Positions 10,447 through 22,400 of a stretch of 58,770 nucleotides of DNA are shown here, in pieces; the stretch's first letter is position 1, and the number at the start of each line of letters is the position of its first letter. The position numbers were made by a program, and so were the translations under genes. A model generated the notes under the pieces. The model searched no databases. It was not told the DNA's origin and saw only the letters and a list, made by a program, of their open reading frames with translations. This stretch comes from a virus (taxonomy: Duplodnaviria > Caudoviricetes), in the IMG/VR virus record IMGVR_UViG_3300045999_011096, positions 1-58,770 of that record; one strand, 5' to 3'.

Positions 10447-13400
10447 TGGCAACAGTCCGCAGCGTAGATTTTCTTCCTGAGATTTTTCAGACTGATGCCA
10501 ACAAACAATTTTTGGCAGCAACACTTGATCAACTGATACAAGAGCCCAAATTTAGAAAAACACAAGGCTTTATTGGTCGTCGTGTAGGCCCCGGCGTCAA
10601 TCCCAACGACAAATACGTGGTAGAACCCACGGTCACAAGAAGTAACTACCAACTTGAACCTGGGGTGGTCAGTCTCGTGCCAGACACCGACACAATCAAC
10701 AACGCCATTACCTATCCTGGACTCAATGATGCTGTGACTTTCCAAGACGGCAACGGTAGTCGACCTGACAGACTGTATTCCAGCGAATACTATACCTGGG
10801 ATCCGTTTATTGATTTTGATACTTTCATAAACTTCAGTCAATACTATTGGGTTCCAAATGGCCCCGATGTAGTGGATGTAAGTGCTACTGAGATTCCAAC
10901 CACTGATAATTTTGTAGTAACCAGCACCAACAATGTGTACAATTTTTCAGGCGTCAACGGCAACAGCCCAGTAATCGAACTGGTACGTGGCGGCAGTTAC
11001 ACATTTCAAGTAACTGATCAATTTTGGATTCAGAGTGCGCCCGGCATTGCAGGCACGATTCCGGCCACCCCAAATATCAGCAGTCGAGATGTTTATGGAG
11101 TAGCCAACAATGGAGAAGATTCTGGCACTGTGGTATTCAATGTGCCCCAGAAAAATGCGCAGAGTTTTTACTACACCTCTCTTGACAGCATTGGTACAAT
11201 TGACCTAGTGACTGAATTGGGTTTTGATGATATCAACGGGCAACCTTTGGTTGATTTTATTCTTGCCAACGGCGGCATTGATGGCACAACCAACTTAGAT
11301 AATCGCACACTGGTTTTTCTCAACAACCCTGCTTACACACAAAAATATCAAATCACCTACAACACTGTTGGTGACGTAATTTATTTGCAAGTTTCATTGC
11401 TGGCCAATATCAATAATTTAGAAAAGTGGACCACCAGTTACGGAGCAGTTTACAGCAGTACCCAATGGTACAAAGATGAGGCTGGAGTTATTCGTAGTAT
11501 TCCGCTGTTGAGCGCCATTCAAGATACACTGTATTACCAGTCTGGCACAAACTCAGAAATTTTTGGCCGCATCACACTGATCGAACCTGGCGCCAGCAGC
11601 GTACTAGACGTTGACACCATAATTGGTAGAAAAACTTATACCAGCCCCAACGGTGTGGCATTTACCAACGGACTCAAGGTAAGATTCACTGGAGATGTAG
11701 TACCCATCAGTTACAAGTCAGGCACCTCAAGTTTTGAGTGCACTGCCACTGAAGCCAACACAAACTACATCACATATTATGATGCTGGCAGTTTATATGT
11801 AGGCCAACAAGTGGTGTTTTTGACCCCCACACTTGGGGGACTTGACGCTGGCACAACATATTATGTAAGATCAATTGCAGCCAGCGGGATCAAATTCACA
11901 GTCAGTGCAGTTCCGGGCGGCCCCGCAGTGACCTTGCAAAACGGCACAGGTGCCATGAACGCAATTGGCATCAGCAATCACGAATACTACGTGAGTGGTG
12001 TTGGAATTGCAATTGAGTTGTTGCCAGTGACAGACTTTGTTGTGCCCGAAACCTATGTTGAAGACTACAATGATAGTACCATTGCAGTAGAGCCCGCTGA
12101 TCCTGATTATCTAACAATCAGCCGCGCCAGCCGAGATTTAAATGCATGGACTAGAAGCAATCGTTGGTTCCACGTCAGCGTGTTAAATGCCACGGCAGAA
12201 TATAACAACACTGCTGCCAACCTTGACAATAATCTTCGTGCCAAGCGTCCAATTATTCAGTTCCGTCCTGGAGTACGTTTGTGGAACATGGGAACTCAAG
12301 GCAAAGCACCTGTAGACATCATTGATTTCACAGAAACTGATGCATTTTCAAATGTGGAAGGATCTACTGGTTACACAACCAATGGCTACTCCTTGGTTGA
12401 AGGATCAAGAGTTATATTTGCTGCTGATGAAGATTTGTCTGTGCGCAACAAGATATATGTGGTGACCTTTGCTGTTCCAGACACGATTCCTCCTTTGATT
12501 GCTCAACCAGTGATTGTGTTGACCGAAGCCGCTGATGGCGCAGTTGAATTAGATGAATCAACTGTGTGTTTAAATGGCAACACTATTGCTGGCAAAACAT
12601 TTTGGTATGATGGCGCTGACTGGATTGAGGCTCAGCAGAAAACCAAGGTTCAACAAGCACCTTTGTTCAACATCTATGATGTGGACGGTGTAAGTTTTGG
12701 TGACAGAGTCAAATATCAATCCAGCAACTTTGTGGGATCAAAGCTGTTTAGTTATGCAGTGGGTGACACCACCATTCTTGACCCAGTGCTGCAATTTCCC
12801 TTGCAATATTTGAACATCAACAACGTGGGAGACATTGTTTTTGACAACAATTTGTATGTTGACAGTTTCACTTACACTATAGACAATGTCAGTACAGTTA
12901 CTCCAATCAGTTCAGGTGCGGCCAGAGAATACGCAACACGAACTGCATACGCCAAGTTAATTGGTTGGCAAACCGCAGTGGTTGAACAACAAATTTATCA
13001 ACAATTTCAGTTCAACTACACTGGCAGTCGACTTCAACTTGATATTGCAGTAACCCCGCAATCATCTATTGCAATGCCAGTAATCAAGGCCTATATTGGC
13101 GGACAATTTATTGATCCAAGCCAATATACCTATACCGTTGGCGACGCCAGCACAACCATTACCTTGAGCAACACATATCTGCCTACAGATGTAATTGAAA
13201 TTTTGGCACTAAGTGATCAGACCAGCAAGGTGGGGTTTTACCAAGTACCAAACAATTTAGAAAATAATCCTCTCAATGCCAACAGCTCATCGTTTACCTT
13301 GGGCACAATCCGTACTCACTACGAGAGCATTTGCGAAAACTTATTGGCGTTGACTGGGCCTATCAACGGATCTAACAACAGTCGTGATCTTGGAAACATT

Positions 13401-16400
13401 GTACCATACGGTTTGGTAATACTTCAACAAAGTAGTCCGCTGACTTTGGCCGGCTACTTTATGCGCAGTTCTGCTTACAATATTTTTGCGTCATTGCAGT
13501 ACAGCAGTCGTGAGTACACCAAATTCAAAGCGCAGATGTTGGATGCGGTGCTGAATCAAAACAACATTGCATTTAGAACCACAGCCAGTATTCTAGACGA
13601 AGCCATACAAGATATTACCCTAGGCAAGTTAAACACTCAGCCCTTCTACTGGAGCGACATGATTCCTCAAGGGGTAACTTCTTACAGCAATACCTACAAT
13701 ATTGGTCTAGTCATCAACTATGTTTTTGACACAGTACAAGTTTACAATTACACATCTTCCAACTATTTAGGATTGTGTGTGTATCTAAACGATCAAATTC
13801 TAACTCGTGACAAAGATTATGTGGTGGCCACAAACGGTCCTAGAATCACAATCACCACAACTCTTGTCACCGGCGACACAGTTACCATCAACGAGTACGG
13901 CGCCACTTACGGAAGCTTTGTGCCCAACACTCCTAGCAAAATGGGTTTGTACCCAGCCTGGGAGCCAGAGATTACCACGCTTGTGACCAGCAATGGCACA
14001 GGTGAATTCATAATTGGGCATGATGGAAGCTCAACTCCAGTGTTTGGTGACATTCGCGATCAAGTGCTGCTGGAATTTGAAACTAGAATTTACAGCAACA
14101 TTAAGCAAGATGGCAATCCTGTTCCTCTCACAGTGGAAGATGTATTGCCGGGTCAGTTTCGTGATACCGGTTACAGCTTTGAAGAAGTTAACTCAATTTT
14201 TGGTTCTGATCTGTTGAGTTTCTGTGGTTGGAACAAATTGGATTTCAAAACTCAGACGTTCAGTGCGACCAACGAGTTTACATGGAACTACAGCAATACC
14301 ACCAACCGACTCAACAACGAAAACTTGTTGGGCGCTTGGCGCGGAATTTATCGTTATTTCTACGACACACAGCAGCCAAGCTATACTCCTTGGGAGATGC
14401 TGGGTTTCACAATTGAACCCGACTGGTGGCAAGATCGTTATGGACCTGCGCCATATACTGGGGATAACTTGGTGTTGTGGGATGACCTAGAAGCAGGCTT
14501 GGTTGCTGATCCCGTTGCACCTTACATTCGTCCAGAATATGCTCGTCCTGGTCTTACATCGGTGATTCCCACTGGTCCGGAAGGTGAATTATTGAGCCCC
14601 CTCAACTCAGTTGTGGGCGTGGTGCCATTCAATCAAAATGTCACATCTAAATACCAGAAGAGCTGGGCAATCGGCGATGGCGGCCCAGTTGAAGCATCGT
14701 GGTGGAATTCAAGTTCATATCCATTCTCGGTAATGCATGTGTTGGCAGTTACTCGTCCGGCAAAATTCTTTGCACTGTTTGCTGACAGAGATTTGTACAA
14801 GTTTGACACTGACTACAATCAATATCTCTACAATGGTCGCTATAGATTAGATGCCAACGGTGTTGAAGTATATGGCAATGGCGTCAGCAAAGCCAGTTAC
14901 ATCAACTGGATTGTGGATTACAACAGACAAACTGGAATTGACTCAACCGATCTGTTGACTGCAGATCTCAAGGCCCTGGATGTGAGATTGTGCTATCGTA
15001 TGGCCAGCTACTCAGACAAACAGTACATCAAGTTGATTACTGAAAAGTCCAGCCCCAACAGTACCAATACAACACTGACCATTCCTGATGAAAGCTACAA
15101 CATTTTGTTGTATAAAAATCAACCGTTTGATCAAATCAAGTACAGCAGTGTAGCGGTGCAAAAGGTCGACGGCGGCGGATTTGCTGTGTTTGGATATGGT
15201 ACATCGCAGCCTTATTTTGAAATACTACAAAGTCAAGCAGTTGGTCGATTGCAAGAATACAGCTCAGGCGGCATCACTGTTCGTGTACCAACTTTCTACA
15301 CTGATGCTGTGGTGCAAGTTCCTTACGGATATGTGTTTGTCAACGAAACTGCTGTGAGTGACTTTTTGTTGAGTTACGGAAAGTTGTTGGAAAAACAAGG
15401 ATTAACGTTTGACAACATGGTCAATGGTTATGAGCTCAGCTGGCCAAGAATGGTAAATGAATTTTTGTACTGGAGCCAACAGGGCTGGAGTACAAATGCC
15501 ATTATCAATTTGAATCCCTTGGCCGAAGGGTTGACTGTGACCCGTCCCGGTGCAGTGGTGGATGGCATTGTGACCGAAACCACTGAAAATCTACTGTTGG
15601 ATCAAAACTCAAACGAAATCCCCACACGCTCTTTGAATGTGGTTCGTCTGGGCAACACTTTTACTATACAACCGTTGTCCACACAAAGCATCAGCTATAT
15701 CAATTTGAGATTTACCAATTTTGAACACATGATGGTGTTGGACAACCAAAGTGTGTTTGGCGACCTCATATATGATCCAATCACTGGTGCAAGACAAAGC
15801 AGACTGACACTGGTGGCTGTAACCACCAGTGACTGGAATGGCAGCGTAGACACGCCTGGATTTATTTTGAATCAGGACAACGTTCAAGAGTGGACCGGAC
15901 TTAAGACGTACCCCAAGGGAGAGATTGTCAAATACAAGAATGTTTATTGGTCAGCACTTAAAATTGTGCAACCTAGCGCAAAGTTCAATTTCAATGACTG
16001 GGCCCAGAGTGATTACACTCAAATTGAATTGGGGTTGTTGCCTAACCTTGCCAACAAAGCCGATCAATTGGCCAACAGCTACAATATCAACGATGCCAAT
16101 ATCGAAAGTGACAACGATTTATTGAGTTATGGGCTAATTGGTTTCAAGCCACGGCAGTATCTAGCCGCACTAAATCTCGATGATGTCAGTCAGGTCAATG
16201 TGTATCGTCAGTTCTTGGGCACCAAGGGTACTATACTGGCAGCAGAATTATTCAAATCGGCCAACCTTGGCAAAGAGGCAGCTGATTACACAATCTATGA
16301 AAATTGGGGAGTTCAACGAGCAGTTTACGGTGCCAATGCTAACCGTAGTTTCTTTGAATTGAGATTAAATCGTGCATTGTTGAGCAGCAATCCCAGCTTG

Positions 16401-19400
16401 GTAGAAGTAGTTGTGCCTCAGCAATCAAGCCAAGCTGATCAAACAGTATTGTTGTCTGATGTGTGGCGCTCCAGCTACAATCTCACCAGTACCAATATTT
16501 TGCCTACCACTACCGAACTGCCCACTGACATAGGATTGCCAACAGCTGGATATGTGAGTTTGGACGATGTTGATATCACAGTATTTGACATCAACAACAC
16601 AGACAGTCTTGCGGCCAACATTGATCAAATTGAAGTGGGAACCAGCATCTGGGTGGCCAAGATCAACGATTACGACTGGAACATTTATCGTGCCCAAGCA
16701 GTGCCTGGTCAAATACAGCATGTTTGTGACAATTTAAACGGAACCAGCCGAGTAATTTTCAACAGTCAGCACGGGTTAAAAGCTGGTGACAAACTGATCA
16801 TCAAGTTCTTTGACAGTGAGATCAACGGCGTGTATCAAGTACTCAACGTTCCATCACTTGACACAGTGAACATTGCATTTACTTTCACAAGCAATCGTGC
16901 AGTGGCCAATGGCACAGGTCTAGGATTTACCTTGCAAACCATGCGGGTAGCTCAGGCCAGCGATGTGGGCGACCTGTCATATGCATTGAATATTTTGCCC
17001 GGCGCCAAAGTTTGGGTAGACGACAACGGCTCGGGTCTATGGGAAGTGCTTCAGAAGAACAATGTATTTTCAAGCATTGTTACGTTGAACCCAGAGTTGC
17101 TTGATGCCAGCGAACAATACGGAGCCAGCGTAGCACAGGCCAGAAACAAAGTGGCTGCCTTGGTGGGTAGTCCACGCTATGGTTTTGCTAGTGGCACCGC
17201 CCGGGGAGCCATCTACGTTTATGTCAAGAGTTTCAGCGATCAATACACTCCAGTAAGTCCGTTGGGCACTGGTGATGCCATACTCACCCTGGATACCACA
17301 GGTCTTCGCGGATACGGCAATGCCATAGACTTTGGCAATCAAACTTATGCCGTGGCCGGTGCCAGCGCCAGCCTGGGTTCGGCAGGGCAAGCCGACAACG
17401 GCTATGCAGTTGTGATTTATCGTGATCCAGTGTTGGGTGTTCCTGGATCTATTCCTTATGGGCAATCGCAATTGTTAACTCAACCTGCAGGCTACGGAAC
17501 ACTATTGACTGGTGCAGGTGAATTTGGTTACAGCGTGGCCATGAGCTTGGACGAACGTTGGATGTATATTGGTGCCCCGGGGTTGAATCAGGTGCATGCT
17601 TATGGTTATGTCGACTGGCAAGATCAGTTAATCAGAACCTTGGCTGATGGTACCACTTTATTATATGCCATCGCTGACAATATACAAATCAACAACAAGT
17701 ACCAACTCAAAGTAACCCTCAATGGACAGGTGCAAACGGTTGACGTAGACTACACTATTGACAACAATTTCAACATTGTTACCTTTGTAAACAATCCTGG
17801 CGTGACCACTGCTGGTAGTTTTATTTCTGGACAAACATATACTATTTTAAGTGTGGGCACTACTGACTTTGTTGCAATTGGTGCAAGTTCAAACACTGTG
17901 GGAGTTGAGTTCATTGCCACTGGCTCAGGATCTGGTACTGGCACTGCACTTGCATCAACCTTGATTGAATTTGCAAGATACAACAGTTTTCAAATTCCTT
18001 ATACTGCATCAACATATGATCTTGATGATGACATTGATGCTGATGGTCGTAGAGTTGGATTATTCACCGCTACAAACATTTACTCTTTCAGCATCAAAGT
18101 TAACGAGTCGCTGTTGCGTCCCAACATCGATTACACATTCTCTGGAACCACAGTGACCTTTACTGGATCCTACAGCCTAACCGACATTATTGTGGTCAGC
18201 GCCAAAGGATACTTTGAATATGTAGATACAATTGACTCTAGCATGGTCACTGGCGGTCTAACTGCTGGTGACAGATTTGGTCATTCAGTGTCATGCACCA
18301 CAGACGGCCGCCAAGTCATGATTGGAACCCCAGAACGTACCATTGATGGTGAAGTCCAGGCAGGTACAGTTTATGTATTTGATCGCAATGTACAAAAGTT
18401 CATATACGGCTCGGATCCCTCCAGTGTGAGCTTCACAGTGCTGGGCGGAACGCCTACTGCACCAGTCAGTGTATTGGTCAACAATGAATTCTTTATCAAC
18501 CAAGACAACAGCGTGATCAATGCTCCCAACTCGTTTACTGTGTCTGGTGACACTGTGACCATATTGGGCGATCTGCAAATTGGTGACATAATTGAAATTG
18601 AAACCAATCAATTTCAGCAGGTGCAACAAGTTGACCAACATGTGACAGCTGACTTCAGTAACTTTGGCCAAGCTGTACAAATTTGCAGTAACAATTGCAG
18701 TTTGTATGTTGGCGAACCGCAGAGCAGTCAACAAATATTCAAAGGTGGTGTTGTTGAACGTTTTGTAAATCAAAGCAGAGTATATGGCACTATCACAGCC
18801 ACCGTGGCCAATCCAGCTTTGACTGCCGGGGACACTATTAGAATTGACAACATAGATGTTGAGGTTCCTGTGGCGCAAACTGTAGCCAGCCTGGCCACAG
18901 CGATCAATGCCGCAGTTCCAAATGTTCTAGCCACAGTCAGCAGCACTGGTTATCTCACAATCAGCGTCAAGAATTCAGCAGCAGCCGCTCCTTTCAACAA
19001 GGTACAAGTGGCACCCGGTTCAGTAGGATCAACATTTGCTGATTTTGGGTTCGAAACGTTTGTATGGACACAGAACATTACCAGCCCATACCCTGTACAA
19101 TACGCAGGATTTGGCGGCGCAATCAGCATAAATGATTCAGCTGAAAACTTGGTGGTAGGCGCACCTCAAGGCACAATCTATCTTGAAACGGTGTTTGATG
19201 ATGGTACCACAGTGTTTGACGCTGGCAGCACAATATTTTTCTCGGTAATTGTGCAGAGCGGTGCAATTTACACATTTGATTATTTGCCCAGCAGCTCGCT
19301 GACTGTGACCAACCCTGGTAAGTTTGTGTTTGGCCAACAAATCAACAACAATCTTGTTGGGCAGTATGATATGTTTGGTGCTGCGGTTGACTATACTTCG

Positions 19401-22400
19401 GGCGTGTTAATGGCCGGCGCACCAAAAAATGATGCCGGTGACAGCGATGCAAACTTTGGAGCTGTGTTTGTGTTTGAAAACCCAACTCAATCACCGGCTT
19501 GGAGTGTGATAGAGATTCAACAACCCACAGTGGACATTAGACTGTTGAATTCAGTGTTTTTCTTTGACAGCATCACCAGCGCACGAACTGAATTCTTGGA
19601 TTTTATAAATCCATTGCAAGGAAAAATATTGGGCGCTGCCCGAGCCAACATTGACTACGTGGGCGCAGTGGACCCTGCGGCCTATAATGTGGGACCCGCA
19701 AACCTCAAAGGCAGCACATGGTTCGCTGATCATGTAGGAGAAATTTGGTGGGATATCAGTTCAGTTAGATTCATTGATCCCAATCAAGACAGCATAGTGT
19801 ACGCCAGCCGACGCTGGGCACAGTTGTTCCCTGGTAGCGAAGTTGATGTGTACCAGTGGGTTCAAAGCACAACACCGCCATCAACTTACACAGGCGAAGG
19901 CATACCACTGAACACGGTTTCCTATACAGTCAACACTAATTTGTCACAAGATGGAACATTTGCTACCTATTATTATTTCTGGGTGCGTGGCATCACAGTC
20001 ACAGCCACGCAGCTAGGCAAAACATTGCCGGCCAGCACTGTAGCATCTTACATTGCTGATGCCAAGGCCAGTGGCATTCCCTACATGGCACCCATAAATG
20101 CCAACACAATTGCATTGTACAACTGTGCTGATCTTATTTCAGCCAGCGACACAGTAATCAGCATTGAATATGATCGTGAATTTACCAACGATAATGTACA
20201 CGTTGAATACGAACTGATTCCTCAAGACCGTGCTGATGGTTTTTTGAGTGACAATTTATATCGTAAACTACAGGACAGTTTCTGCGGGGTAGACACCTTT
20301 GGTAACAAAGTACCTGATCCTAACCTGGGACCCGCTGAACGATATGGAGTACAGTTCCGCCCGCGTCAATCAATGTTCGTGGATCGTTTTGCTGCGTTAA
20401 AAAATTATCTAAAACGTGCAAATGCAGTGCTGGCACAGTATCCAATCACTGAAGATAAGTCGTTTAATCTGTTGAACAGCAGTGACCCAATTCCGTCGCA
20501 GACCGAGATTGTTGATGCTGTCACCGTCACCAATTGGAACCTTCAGGTTGCCAACTTGGAAATACTGGGATTCCAAACACCGTTCTGGAGTGATCCCTTG
20601 GGATCAATACCACTGGGTTACAAGTATCTTGTGACCACTGACAGCAGTCAACGAGGATTGTGGACCATTTACACTGTTCAAGAAAGCGATACTGCGCCCA
20701 ACACTAGAGAATTGGTTCTTTCCAAGGTACAAGGGTACAATACTCCAGACTATTGGAGCTACATCAATTGGTATCGTCCTGGATACAATTCCAGCACCAA
20801 AGTTGTTGCTGAGGTTGCCAATTATGCATCCTTGAGCACACTGACTGTCACAGTTGGCAGCAGTGTAAAAGTCACAGCCAATGCTCAAGGAAAATTTGAA
20901 ATCTATCTTAGAACCGATCTGGGTTGGGAACGAGTTGGGTTGCAAGATGGCACCATTGAATTCAGCGCGGAACTATATGACTATGCACTGGGCAGATTTG
21001 GATTTGACGTAGAAGTATTTGATGCACAGTATTTTGATCAAGAGCCTGTGATAGAAACAAGAAAAATTATTCAAGCCATCAACGAAGAACTATTTGTTGG
21101 CGACTTAGAAATACAGCGCAACAAGTTGTTGGTGTTGATGTTTAACTTTGTGTTGAGTGAATTCTCTGCACCAGAGTGGCTGGTCAAGACATCGCTAATT
21201 GACGTTGATCATAGAATTCGCCAACTGATACCGTATCAAAACTACGTGCGAGACAACCAAGAATTTGTAAGTGACTACATCCAGGAAGTCAAACCATATC
21301 ACGTGACCATTAGAGAATTTAACTTGCTGTACAACGGTTTTGATGAATTTTTTGGTGATATAACTGACTTTGATTTGCCGGCCTACTACAATACTTCGCT
21401 GGAAATACCTAAGTTTACCAGTCCTATATTGTTACCATACAATAACGGAACAGCATTTAATTCTAGCACCAACATCGAAAGTGACGTACCATCAACCAGC
21501 GCATTGTGGTCAACTTGGCCGTACAATCAGTGGTACAGCAATTATTTGTTGTCGTTGGAAAGTGTACAAATTATTGATGGTGGATCGGGTTATACACAAC
21601 CCCCAGTGGTGATAATCACAGGAGGTGCAACAGAACCGGCCAAAGCCACCGCTGTAATCAATAGTATTGGACAAGTTGTTGCAGTAAATGTTACCAACTC
21701 GGGATCAGGCTATATTCAAACCCCAACAATAACATTTGATGGTGGCAACGGTGTTGCTGCCCGGGCATATGCAGTAATGAACAACAGCCTAGTACGCAGT
21801 TTCCGCACAGTGATCAAGTATGATCGTTTTCAGTATTTTTCAGACATAGCATCTTGGGAACCAAATCAAATTTACAATCCCGGTGCCCTGGTACGTTACG
21901 ATGATCGCGTGTGGCAAGCCAGCGCAGCAACGCCAGTTACTGGCCCCACGTTCAATCTTGAAGATTGGACCCTGATCCCAGCACGACAACTAAGTGGCGT
22001 TGATCGTACCATGGGTTACTATGTGCCTGGAGTCAATCAACCAGGACTTGAGTTGCCATTGTTGATCGACGGTGTTGATTATCCTGGGGTACAGGTGTAC
22101 GGCGATTACTTCTTGAACAACCCAACATCAATAGACGCCAACTACTCTAGCGAATTTACAGATGTAACACTGGGAACATCGCCCACAGACATCAATGTGG
22201 ACGGCGGCGAGTTTATTGGCTTGTACGAAGGCCACGCTCCTGAAGAATTGGTCAACGGCGCAGAATTTGACACCCTTGATTTCCGCGTGTACACCAGACC
22301 CGGTGCTGACTGGAATCGCGACGGTCACGGTTTCCAGTGGAGCAGCGTTCGTTACAGTTTCGACCCTACCATTGAAACCGACTACAGCTGGGCAGGAATT

